Shown here piece by piece: positions 12,209-23,040 of a DNA stretch of 64,000 nt (within the stretch, counting starts at the first letter, position 1; the number at the start of each line of letters is the position of its first letter). Source of the stretch: Mobula hypostoma (lineage: Eukaryota); assembly GCF_963921235.1 (NCBI RefSeq), contig NC_086097.1, forward strand, positions 120,282,001 through 120,346,000, written 5' to 3'. A program made the position numbers and the translations under genes. A model generated the notes under the pieces. The model was given only the letters and a program-made list of their open reading frames with translations. It ran no database searches and was not told where the DNA came from.

Positions 12209-12706
12209 TTAGCGGAAGTTAGAGAAGTCGATGTTCATGCCATCAGGTTGGAGGCTACCCAGACGGAATATAAGGTGTTGTTCCTCCAACCTGAGTGTGG
12301 CTTCATCTTTACAGTAGAGGAGGCCATGGATAGACATGTCAGAATGGGAATGGGATGTGGAATTAAAATGTGTGGCCACTGGGAGATCCTGCTTTCTCTG
12401 GCGGACAGAGCGTAGATGTTCAGCAAAGCGGTCTCCCAGTCTGCGTCGGGTCTCACCAATATATAAAAGGCCACATCGGGAGCACCGGACACAGTATATC
12501 ACCCCAGTCGACTCACAGGTGAAGTGATGCCTCACCTGGAAGGACTGTTTGGGGCCCTGAATGGTGGTAAGGGAGGAAGTGTAAGGGCATGTGTAGCACT
12601 TGTTCCGCTTACACGGATAAGTGCCAGGAGGGAGATCAGTGGGGAGGGATGGGGGGGACGAATGGACAAGGGAGTTGTGTAGGGAGCGATCCCTGCAGAA
12701 TGCAGA
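12209..12706 (-). CDS. Penelope GIY-YIG endonuclease domain (5'-truncated, no start of its own)
   Basis: GVIYCVRCSRCGLLYIGETRRRLGDRFAEH..LEEQHLIFRLGSLQPDGMN; the frame stays open upstream through the Cys linker CKRNKCYTC to the element edge. Confidence 0.9.
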   Translation of the reverse strand, partial: SAFCRDRSLHNSLVHSSPPSLPTDLPPGTYPCKRNKCYTCPYTSSLTTIQGPKQSFQVRHHFTCESTGVIYCVRCSRCGLLYIGETRRRLGDRFAEHLRSVRQRKQDLPVATHFNSTSHSHSDMSIHGLLYCKDEATLRLEEQHLIFRLGSLQPDGMNIDFSNFR

Positions 12707-13069
12707 GAGAATATTGAAAGGCCTATGTGGAGTAAATGTGGAGAAGATGTTTAGGACCAGTGGACACAGCTTCGGAAAAGAGAGATGTCTGTTTAGAACA
12801 GAGATGTAGAGATGAGGCTAATTTCTTTTTTTTATCCAGAAGGTAGATATTCTGAAAATTATTGCCACAAAAAGTTGTCAAAGCCAAGTCACTGGGTGTA
12901 TTTAAGGCAAAGGTTGATAGTTCCTGATTAGTCATGGGATCAAAGGTTATGGGGAGAAGTAAGGAGAATGGGGTTGAGAGGGAAAAAATCAGCCATGATA
13001 GAAAGTTGGAGCAGACCTGATGTGCCAATTGGCCTAATTCTGCTCCTACGTCTTATAGATCTATAGTCT

Positions 13070-13432
13070 TCACATGTTGTTCAGACCAAACAACAGAATA
13101 GGGAAGAAATGTGATCTAAGTGACTTTGATTGTGGAATGATCATTGTTGCCAGTCGGGGTGGTTTGAATTTCTCAGACACTGCTGATCTCCTGGAATTTC
13201 ATGCACAACAGTCTCTAAAGTTTACAGAGAATGGTGTGAAAAATAAAAAAAAATCCAGTAAATGGCAGTTCACATTAAAAGGCCTAGTTTATGAGAGGTC
13301 AGAGGAGAATGGCCAGACTGGTTCAAGTTGACAGGAAGGCAATAATAACTCAAGTAAACACATGTTACAACAGTGGTGTGCCGAAGAGCATCTCTGAATG
13401 CATAGCATGTTGAAATTTGTAGTGGGTGGACA
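13070..13432 (+). mobile_element. Tc1-derived non-autonomous element fragment
   Basis: GKKCDLSDFDCGMII.A..GLNFSDTADLLEF (Tc1 HTH region); matches copies at 28835-29387 and 41550-42110. Confidence 0.85.
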
Positions 13433-14108
13433 TCAGGCCTGTACTTGGACTTGACTTGGACACCGAGCCTGGACTTGGACTAGGACACAGAGCCGGGACT
13501 CGGAACTTGGACACGGTGCTTGGACTTTGACTTGGACACGGAGGCGACAACACCATACAATGACAGACAATTCATATCGTGGTTTGGAGCAGCAGCAAAA
13601 GGCCAGCAATACTCAGCCGGACACAAGATGACATAAACAAACAACGACAGACAATTAGTATCGCAGCTCGGAGTAACAGCGAATGGCCTACAATACTCAG
13701 CCAGGCATGAGACGACAAAAACCAACAACCACAGTCTATTCATATCTCGACTCCAGGTAGCTCATGAAGCGGTAAACGGCCGGCAAACTCAGCTGGACAG
13801 CAGGCTCTCGACTCAACCCAGGAACTTCGGATGACAGGCTCCCAACTCGACCCAGGAACTGCAGATGACGGACTCTCAACTCAACCCAGGAACTGTGGAC
13901 GGCAGGCTCTCGATTCGACTCATTCTCGGTGGCCCAGAACCAGCATAGCCACACTGTTGAGGTGACAAACCAGCCACAAGTAGATGTAAGCCAGAGTTCT
14001 TATGTTGCTGGTTCGAATGAGAATCAGGTGCCCTAATCAAGGGGCCCAGTGGAACATGGGGAAAAGGAAATTAACTGAAATGAGGAGTCAACGGACCGGA
14101 CTGTGACA
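13433..14108 (-). mobile_element. Partial LTR with internal short tandem repeats
   Basis: Minus strand starts TGTCACAGTCCGG at 14108; arrays of (cttgga)n, two ~70-bp repeats and three or four ~33-bp repeats. Confidence 0.55.
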
Positions 14109-14539
14109 CATTTATAAAAAGCATGAAGAGTAGGTGTCGAAGAAAAGATCCCTGAGGCACACCACTGGTCATCGACCTCCATGCAGAATATAGGGCTAAA
14201 CTATAAGTTATCGAATAATCAAAGACAGTGCTTGTGAGCAATATTCAGTGTGTGGTCTAAATGGCCATTCATGTTCTGACTCAGAATGCCATGATCTACC
14301 TAAAAGTTTTGCAAGCAAGTTTTAGTGCTCATAAGTGTTGGCCCTTAACATGAACAAGGAAATCCTGAACTAACTGGATGAGCTCTGTTAGCAATTTTCA
14401 TAAATGTCCTGTCAGGGGACTTCCCATGGAGTCCAACTGCAAAATAGATGTTTTCTGAGATTCCTTGCTGTTTTGCTGGGGAATTTTCTCTCAGATCCTA
14501 AGCCAAGTTTGACTCGTGGAGGATTTTCAGGTCCTATAT

Positions 14540-14680
14540 GTTGATAGGAATTGTGGGACTCAGGGAAACCCATGTGGAAATAGAGAGAATGGACAAGACC
14601 CTTGCAAACGGCACTGGAATTAAACTCCAAACTCTGATGCCCCAAGTTGTAATAATGTCTCAGTAACCGCCACGCTACCC
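14540..14680 (-). mobile_element. Decayed V-domain SINE
   Basis: gggaaacccatgtgg..gagagaatggacaagaccctt..ggaattaaactc resembles the copy at 18825-19020. Confidence 0.5.
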
Positions 14681-14879
14681 TGATCACCTGATGTTGAATT
14701 TGTCCCCGTAGATATCGGTAATAGTGAATAGGAACAGGACTCACACTATTCATCCAGGTAACTGATTCATTTTATAATTCAGGGAAAACATGAGACACTA
14801 AAACTCTATCATCATGTTGCCTAACAGTTCAGATTGCTGAATATATTAGCAATGACAGTAAAAGCATAGAACATACCAA

Positions 14880-15070
14880 GTCAGAATCAGAATCAGAATC
14901 AGGTTTAATATCACTGGCATATTACATGAAGTTTGTTAACTTTGCAGCAGCAGTGCAGTGCAATGCATGATAAATATAAAAATAAACTGTGAATTACAGT
15001 AAGTATATATATATATGCATATAGTTAAATTAAATAAGCAGTGCAAAAACATAAATTAAAAAATTAAATA
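14880..15070 (-). mobile_element. Rex1-type 3' tail with (atcaga)n
   Basis: Reverse complement matches the tail at 54440-54535. Confidence 0.75.
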
Positions 15071-15266
15071 TAAAAAACAAAATATTGCAATATCGACAAT
15101 ACTTACACAACACGTGTATAATCACTATAGCTTTTGTGTATATTACACGCATTGTTCAATTTTACAATGAAATAAGATAAAAAGGAAAGTTGTGGACTAA
15201 CTCTAAATTGCTTGATTTCCATATTTTTTTCTTTATTGCAATGCATGTTGGATATGCTAATGTATG

Positions 15267-16137
15267 TGTAAGCAGTTTCTTCTTTGTTATGTTAAAATTA
15301 ATATGGCTTCTTTGTTATGTTAATCTTTTATGTTACTGTGTATGTGAATTAAAATGTCTTCTTTGTTCTGTTAAATGCTGAGAGAGTCTCTAGCTAGCAC
15401 TTTGCTTGGGTTATAACAGATAATCAGAGTACTATGAACCAATGGGTGTCCATGTTATTCTTTCTTGGGGTCATATTGCTGGGAACCAGGGGCTTCTGGT
15501 GGGGAGTTGGAGGAGAGACCATGAGGATGACGGACTTGCAGGAAAGCTCAGGTTGATCACTCCGGGCAGGGAGTCAGTGGAGAGACTGTGAGGACGATGG
15601 ATGTACGGGAAAGCTCAGGTTGATCACTCCGGGCGGGGAGTCGGAGGAGAGACCGTGAGGACGACGGACGTACTGGGTTTCGGTGGGGAGTCGGAGGAGA
15701 GACCGTGAGGACGACGGACTTGTGGGAAAGCTCAGATTGATCACTCCAGGCGGGGAGTCGGAGGAGAGACCGTGAGGACGACGGACATGAGGGAAGGCTC
15801 AGGTTGATCACTCCGGGTGGTCACGAGCTGCGAGTCGACGGGGTCCGAGTGGTCCCAAAGAGGTCCCCGAGCTCCAACGTGTGCATGAAGAAATTGAACT
15901 TTGATAAGTCTGGTGCCTTTTCCATTCCTTTTTTGTATTGAACTTCTATTAATCTCATAGACTTAGTAATATCTATAAAGTGTAATTGGTAAAACGTACA
16001 TTGTGTGCTGGCTGATGATTAATGTTTGAAGCTGAATCAGGTGGCAGTGGTACAGCAACCGACGTAACCGGAGACAAGGCGGGCGGCGGACGGTGTTTCC
16101 CTGAGATAAATACGAGCCAATATATCTGAGTGTTAAA
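15267..16137. mobile_element. Solo LTR
   Basis: Starts TGTAA and ends TTAAA (probably a mutated TTACA); 4-bp TSD tatg (15263-15266, 16138-16141); contains a ~67-bp tandem array. Confidence 0.72.
15500..15816. repeat. ~67-bp minisatellite, about 5 copies with one truncated
   Basis: Unit gggagtcggaggagagaccgtgaggacgacggac..ggaaagctcaggttgatcactccggg. Confidence 0.9.
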
Positions 16138-16304
16138 TATGAAAGAGAAGGAGTGTTGTCATAAGGTGTAGATTATGGGTGCTGTGCCATACAGAGGATG
16201 GCCATCACTATGCCTATGAAACTTGCCTCAACGTTACTTCAAGAGTAACACACACAAAACGCTGGAGGAACCCAATGGATCTGGAAGCATCTACGAAGAA
16301 GAAT

Positions 16305-16866
16305 AAAGAGTCAGTGCTTCGCTTCATCTGCAACCAAGAGGATTTCCCAGTGGTCAACCATTCCAACATGTTGTTCCATGGCCCCTCTATTGCTATGATG
16401 AGGCCACCCTCAGGTTGAGGGAGCAGCACCTCATTCCTTTTGGGTAGCCTCCAACCAGACTGGATGAACATCAATGTCTCCAGCTTCTGGTAATTTCTCC
16501 CCTCTCCCTCTTCTCTCCATTTTGGCTACTCTCTTCTATCTTCTCTTCTACTCACCTGCATATCACCCCCTCTGGTGCCCCTCCTCTATCCATTTTTCCC
16601 ATCATCCACTCTACTCTTCTATATAATTCTTTCTTCTTCAGCCCTTCGCCTTTTCCACCTACCACCTCCCAGCTTCACACGTCTTCCTCTCCTCCCCTCC
16701 CCACTCAACTAACTACCACTTCACCTAGGCTTCATCTATAATTTTCCAGCTTTCACTTCTTCCCCTGCTCAACCACTATATTCTGGCTTCTTCCCTCTTC
16801 CTTTCCTAGTGAAGGGCCTTGGCCCAACACGTTGACTGTTCATTTGTTTCCATCGATGCTGCCTGG
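16305..16866 (+). mobile_element. Decayed Penelope 3' fragment
   Basis: Homologous to 11819-12440 in reverse: ctcaggttgagggagcagcacctc..ggtagcctccaacc; pyrimidine-rich UTR; degenerate hammerhead near 16805-16837. Confidence 0.85.
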
Positions 16867-17039
16867 AGTCAGTCTTAGAATAAAGGCTCAAGCAGTGAGG
16901 ACTGAAATTAAAATAAACATCCTTAGTTCAAATGTGCTGACTGTTTAGAATAGAGAGTTGCCGAGTTTAGGTTCTTAGCATATTATTAATATGAATGTTA
17001 AGAACTTAAAGCACTGCAGATCTATCTCATCAGTGAGTT

Positions 17040-18068
17040 GCTCGCTGGTGGAGAAAACAAAGGAGTTGCACATCGTGCTGCTTCCTGAGCCGAAGGAGAT
17101 GTACGGTCTAATAGTGGCTGACCATCTTGGGTGCTTTTCTTGTGATCACTAAATACCTTTTTGAACATTGTTAATGTGGACTGTCGCAAGTTCGATTCAC
17201 TGATTTATTGACTGAGCCCAGGGGTGGTTGGTGGAGAAGCTGTGTGGCCTCAGTTGTAGCGAGAACTAGGCCTCTAGCTGTGGTATCACCTGTTTACAGC
17301 TGGCGAGAGTGAGGTGTCAGAGCCAATACACTCCATTGGGGGCAGTGTGGCAGAGCGTCCAGGCTGGAGTAACCGCTGCCCCACCAGTGCTTGCTCAGCG
17401 GAACACAAGCTCTATTGTGTTCGACTGCAAATTTTGCAGGCATTTATTTGGACTAAGGGCCCCAAGGCAAGGTACCACCTGCTTACAGCCGTTGGGTGAG
17501 AGGCATCAGAACCAGTGCAGTCCATCGGGAGCAGTGTGGCACAGCATTCAAACTGGAGTTGGAGCTGCAGCCCCCACCCCCAATGTCTGCTCGGCAGAAC
17601 AATGGACAGGGTCTGAACTATATACATATATATTTTATGTGATTGTATAAGTGATATCCAATATGTGCTTGCTCTCTTGTATGTGTGAGGACTAGGCCTC
17701 AAGCAGTGGTGTCGCCTGTTTACAGCTGCTGCGAGAGAGACATCAGTACTGGTGCACTCCGGGGGTAGTGAGGAGTGCCGTCCAGGCTGGAATAGGTGCT
17801 GCTCTCTCAGGTATTCACTTGGCAGAAGACAATCTCTGTTGTGGTTGTCTGCAGATTATGATGGTGTTAGGTAGCTTAAACTTGGATTCTTTTACTGAGT
17901 GGCTGTATCGTTCTATCTTGTGCCTGCTATGTGTGATTTGTGCTGTGTGTGACTGTTGCTGCTGCGATTTGCAACTTGACTCCAGAGAAACGCCGTCTCT
18001 TTTGGCTGTAGTCATGAATATTCATGTATGGTTGAATGGCAATTAAACTTGAATGGAATTGAATTGAA
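17040..18068 (+). mobile_element. Unclassified non-coding retroelement with three ~190-bp internal repeats and a (gaatt)n tail
   Basis: cacctgtttacagc..ggggcagtgtgg..tccaggctgga recurs near 17270, 17460 and 17695; ends aattaaacttgaatggaattgaattgaa. Confidence 0.55.
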
Positions 18069-18202
18069 TATTTAAGGCCCAAAGGTAACAAATGAGAGAT
18101 GACAGATGTTTGACCAGTAAGAATATCAAAGGATGAGGAACTAGGTGTAAAGTTAGGAAAGTAACTAACTTTCTCTTAACAATCATAGTCTTATTGATTA
18201 CT

Positions 18203-18624
18203 CTTCTCTGTGGATTGTCACCTTGTTGTGGTGGAGAAGCTTGTGTGGTCCTCTGATCCCGAGAGCGATGCTGTCTGGAGCTATGCTCCTGGTAGGGTCA
18301 CCCATGGTGGTAAGGTCGAGGGTGAGGAACCTGACAAAGAACAATCCAACCAAGACCTCAACGGTGGAACAGGTGGACAAAGTTACTTCGAACTCAACGG
18401 CTGTGAAGGCGGATGAAGGCTGCAACAAATCCATCAGCTCCAATCATCGTGGTTTCCATGCCATTGGAATCAGTTGGTTGATTTGTGAAGTATCGTGTCC
18501 TTCTTGGAGTGCAACATCAAGTACACATTAAACCAACACATGCACAGGTGTCTTAGCTCTGTGAGCCACTTCTTCAGAAAGAAGACCATCATCCTTAACC
18601 TCGAGGGATAGCCACGACGATGAC
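18203..18624 (+). mobile_element. Short non-autonomous RTE (Expander/Rex3-like) derivative
   Basis: 5' end gtcaccttgttgtggtggag..ctggtagggtcaccca resembles RTE 5' UTRs; (gac/gat)n tail; 8-bp TSD tgattact (18195-18202, 18625-18632). Confidence 0.75.
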
Positions 18625-18824
18625 TGATTACTAAAGTAGGCTCAATGGGACTAGTGACTTATCCCTGTTCATATCTCCTATGTTCCATTATCACTTTGCA
18701 AAGTAAATTATCCCAATCTCCTTGCTAGGAACAGTAAGGAATTAATGATTCAAAATGTGCAAGGAATTCTCAGAAGAAATAATTATTAAAATAATTATTT
18801 TATTTTATTCTTATTTTTATTTAC

Positions 18825-19022
18825 AGATACAGCACGGTAACAGGCCCTTCTGCCCAACGAGCCTGTGCCACCCATGTGACCAATTAACCACAGGTCTTTG
18901 GAATGTGGTAGGAAACCAGAGGAAACGTGCGGTCATGGGGAGAATGTACAAACTCCATACGGACAGCGGCAGTACGTGAACCTGGGTCATTGAAGCTAAG
19001 TGCTCTACTACCGTGCTGTCCC
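18825..19022 (-). mobile_element. V-domain SINE (HE1-like) with CR1-type tail
   Basis: Minus strand ggagtttgtacattctccccatgaccgc (V domain); tail cagcacggtaacaggccc. Confidence 0.75.
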
Positions 19023-19134
19023 CTCTAATTATGATAACTTAAATTTCTTTCAAATTAAAAGCAAACAAAATGGATCCTTAAAGAAAAGTATATCCTCAAA
19101 TACAACATATGAATCACACTTGGTGGCTTAAGAT

Positions 19135-19327
19135 ACAGGAAGCTGACAGGAAGGCGACAGTAACTCGCATAACCAGGCATTACAACGGTGGTGTGCAGAA
19201 GAGCATCTCTAAATAGACAGCATGCCAAAACTTGAAGTGGATGGGCTACAGAAGCAGAAGACCAGGAACATGCACTCAATAGTCACTTTATTAGATTCAG
19301 GAGGTACCTAATAAAGTGGTTACTGAG
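19135..19327 (+). mobile_element. Tc1-derivative terminal fragment
   Basis: aagctgacaggaaggcgacagtaactc..gtacctaataaagtggttactgag (terminal repeat). Confidence 0.8.
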
Positions 19328-19979
19328 CAATGTTCCCTCTAAAATGTGTATGCACACATCTTTTGCTACTAGCACACAAAGGAATTTAAACTTCACACAA
19401 AAGGTTGTCACCCTCCACCTTGTTGGCATGTTAAGTATATTTCACAATCGTACTCAATTACATTTCCTTTGTAGGTTTCTGATGCGGACTGTGTTGTCAA
19501 GGTGGAGTTTGCAATGGCTCAATCCACAGATTTTTGAAATGGCTGTTTTTTAAAGGCATCTGTTAGTCTTGCGAGACCATGGATCTGCACCTGGAAAGTC
19601 TTCACTCTCCAGGGTGCAGGCCTGGGCAAGGTTGTATGGAAGACTGGCAGTTGCCCATGCTGCAAGTCTTCCCTCTCCAGGACACTGATGTTGTCCAAGG
19701 GAAGGGCATTAGGACCCATACAGCTTGGCACAAATGTTGTCACAGAGTATGATTAAGTGCCTTGCTCAAAGACACGGCTGGCGCTTGAACTCACGAACTT
19801 CAGATCACTAGTTGAATGCCTTAACCACTTGGCCACGTGCCCACACACGAACTGGCTTATTTATACTGTTTTTATTGAAAAAAAATTTTCAGTGTGCACA
19901 TGTTGTTGTCACTGGGCAAAAAATTGCACAGCACAAGATTTTTGTGCACACTGGTCATTACAAATTAGAGAGAACATTG
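19328..19979. mobile_element. hAT-type MITE containing a nested SINE
   Basis: 15-bp TIR caatgttccctctaa / ttagagagaacattg (1 mismatch); 8-bp TSD ttactgag (19320-19327, 19980-19987). Confidence 0.88.
19550..19845 (-). mobile_element. tRNA-derived SINE (same family as 50794-51066)
   Basis: Minus head cacgtggccaagtggttaaggc..tgaagttcgtgagttcaag; tail ggcatctgttagtcttgcgagacc. Confidence 0.8.
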
Positions 19980-20074
19980 TTACTGAGAATATGTTCTGAT
20001 GGCTTTCTGTGTTTGTTTCAATTACTAATAACAGAGGGCTTAGAATTCATGGTGAAAGGCCTCGAAAGAGACCC

Positions 20075-20420
20075 TTTCAATATGGAGAGGATGTTTCCTA
20101 TGGTGGGAGAGTCTAAGACCAGAGAACACAGCCTCAGAATAGAGGAGCATCCTTTTAGAATGGAGATGAGGAAGAATTTCATTAGCCAGAGAGTTGTGAA
20201 TCAGTTGAATTCTTTGGCTCAGGAGCTGTGGAGGCCAAGTGTTTATGTATATTGAAGACAGAGATTGATAGGTTCTTGATTGGTCAGGGCATGAAGGGGT
20301 ACAGAGAGAAGGCAGGAGTCTGGAGATGAGGGGAAAATTGGATCAGCCATGATGAAATGGTGGAGCACATTCAATGGTCCAAATGGCCTCATTCTGCTCC
20401 TTTATCTTATGGTCCTAATG
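20075..20420 (+). mobile_element. CR1 3' end
   Basis: ERMFPMVGESKTREHSLRI..FISQRVVN; tail ctgctcctttatcttatggtc. Confidence 0.85.
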
Positions 20421-21049
20421 TCATCAGGTTTCCATCAATTGTTTGACAAATACCATATTTTAATGGACACTCCAACTATGTCTAGAAATCAGCATTTAAA
20501 ATATTTTACAGATTGCACGCAAGTATCAATATCCTAAACATGACTGCATTTAAAAAATAAATTTTAACCTACCACCTAAAACATTATGTCTACTATCTAA
20601 TCTGTCATACTATTCATGTCACAATTTCTTATTTTTAGCCGCTTCATGCAACCAGTTTAAAAAAGCAGAGAAATAATTGCTTATTGAACTGATGCTTATC
20701 CTTTTGGTCATCACCATAACCTTCCCTCGTTGAAATTCCCCTGACTGATGTAACTTATCCTGCAGCAGATGCATTCTTATTGATGTTCCAATGCCATATG
20801 TCAAAGCTTATCACTTGCTGAGTGGAGCTACATTTTTTTTGTTAGCTCCTAGCAACAGCAATATACATTGTTGGTGGTCAAAGCACACTGTACATTAAAT
20901 TCATGCAGAAAATACTGTGGCCTTCAGCTTCAGTTTCTTCCAAAGCTGCATGTAGCTTGCAGCTTTCCAGCCTGAACTTACAGTCTTCCTGCATAACATT
21001 CGATGTAAAGTTGGTTTTTTTCACTGAAACAGTTATTGAGGAGATATTT

Positions 21050-21395
21050 AAACGTAAGTAAGCCAGATACTAACAGCTGGTAGAGCAATGCCAGAGACAG
21101 TGATGGAGGGCATGGTGTGAGCCTACAGAGTGTAGTGTAGAGATTTTACTGGCTGCTCACTGTCCCAAACTTACGCTCTGCTTGACATTATCGGGGCTGC
21201 GAAGAAAAGAGCCAGCAGAACCGTCACAGAGGCTTTTGAGCAAGCCTCCAGATGGATATGGATCAAGAGATGTGGCCTGTGGACCAGTGCTGCTGGGACA
21301 CCAGCTAGGGTCTGATGAACCTTGGCAGGGTGGCCTGGCCAGGCATGTCTGATGTTGAAAGATCCAAAACACCCGAAGACCCCAGGTTATATGAT
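21050..21395 (+). mobile_element. Hero/R2-group (REL endonuclease) retrotransposon 3' relic
   Basis: EAFEQASRWIWIKR plus 3' UTR gtctgatgttgaaagatccaaaacacc, homologous to 61415-61805. Confidence 0.65.
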
Positions 21396-22490
21396 GAGGG
21401 GTGTTGCAAAATCAGTCAAAGAGGAAAGGCAAGCATACGTAAGGTTTAAGAAACTAATATTGGACAGGGCTCTGTCCAATATCAAGGAAACAGGAAATAA
21501 ACAGACAATCATGAGTTCTGAAAGGGGCCATGAAATTTCCTAGGCAAGTAGGATTTTTATATGCATTAAAAACGCAAGAAAAGCTGGGGTACAAATAAGA
21601 GAACATCTGCAGATGCTGGAAATCCAAGCAACACACACAAAATTCTGGAAGAATACAGCAGGCTATGCAACATCCATGGAAAAGAGTAAACAGTCGACAT
21701 TTCAGGCCAAGACCCTTCATCAAGACAGGAGAGAAAAGATAGGGTGATGGTTGGTCCACTCGAAGACAAAAGTGGAAATTTAGACCTGAAGCCCAAAGGA
21801 GTGGGAAAGGTACCAAAAGAGTTCTTTGCATTGGCATTCATTAAGGAGAAGGATATGGATGATGGCAAGATTAGCAATGGGAATGCTGATATTCTAAGTC
21901 ATTTTAATGCCAAGAAGGAGGATTATGGCATGTCTTGAAGATCATTAAGCTGGATCAGTCCTAAGTGCCTGATGAGATTTATCACAGGTTATTGAGAGGC
22001 AATGGAGGAGATTGCTTATGGTTTGACAAAGTCCTTTTGTTTTTTTAGCTACAAGCATGGTTCCAAAGGACTGGAAAATAAGCAATGTTTTTCCATTGTG
22101 AAAGGGCAATAGGGATAACTCGACAAATTACTAGCTATGAGCCATTCATCAGTGTGAAAGGAGATAGTCCTGTTGAAGGGTCTCAACCTGAAAAGTTGGC
22201 TCTTTATTTTTTTCCATAAATACTGCCTGTATTTTGTGAAGCACAGTTTGTTATTCCAGGGAGAGAAGTGTAAGTGCCTGTAATGTGCTACCAGCGTAAG
22301 TGTGGTGAAAGCAGATATGAGAGCAACACTTAACAGACATTTAGATAAACATATGAACAGGCAGTGAATGAAGAATATAAACTGTGTACAGGCAGGTAGG
22401 ATCAGTTCTGTTTGGATTCACAGTCAGCATAAACATAGTGGGTTGAAGAGCCTGTTCTTGTGTTGTACTGTTCTCTGTTCTGTTCCTCAG
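21395..22490 (+). mobile_element. Very decayed CR1 pieces with Penelope-tail insertions (21590-21730, 22165-22235)
   Basis: GPLEDKSG..EFFALAFIKEKD; 3' tail at 22300-22485. Confidence 0.65.
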
Positions 22491-23040
22491 TATTGCTTAC
22501 AGAGCATTGTATAATCCTTGAATTTGTAAAACACATGGGGCTGGAAGAACACTGCAATGTACTTGAACAACACCACAAGTATTTCCTTTCTGTGCGATAA
22601 TGGCATCTGCTACACCCCAGTGCACAACATGTAAGCAATCTGCTCAAGGTGTTTCTTCACACCTGAGTTCATATTCATTGGCAAAGATCAAGGACATAAG
22701 CCAAACATAATATAATGTGGTAGTTAGCATTCAGAAATAAATTACGATGCCCAGGGAAGTGACTGTGCATTAAGTCACCACATCAATACTAATTCTGAGC
22801 TGCATTGGCTAAATATGTGCAACATATTGCTGACAGTTTGCTTTGTTCCTGAAATTACATTCAATTAGTAACCATTAAGAACTGAATGCTTTTTGTGTCA
22901 ATAAAAAATGTCCACATAAAATTACATACTTTGTAAAAGTATATAGATTACTTTCCCTTACCATTAGTTATTTCTAACATTTGGGGAAAGCAAAGAACTC
23001 TTAGGATGTTGAAGGATCAAGGAACAAATTTTTTGCCATC

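Larger units (their letters stand above)
11819..12708 (-). mobile_element. Young 5'-truncated Penelope-like element (Neptune type)
   Basis: 13-bp TSD gaatattgaaagg (11806-11818, 12709-12721); open GIY-YIG frame; hammerhead motif in the 3' region. Confidence 0.95.
9240..13065 (+). mobile_element. Old CR1 LINE acting as scaffold for several nested insertions
   Basis: Collinear CR1 ORF2 pieces at 9240-9385, 10065-10702, 11549-11818 and 12709-13065 (tail ctgctcctacgtcttat). Confidence 0.88.

Noticed and set aside
13433..13930. Repeat clusters and Ser/Pro-rich ORFs
   Set aside because: These are short tandem repeats within an LTR-like fragment; the ORFs are by-products
15500..15816. Regular repeats that could suggest a CRISPR array
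   Set aside because: The units are tandem with no unique spacers, lie inside an LTR, and there are no cas genes; the context is eukaryotic
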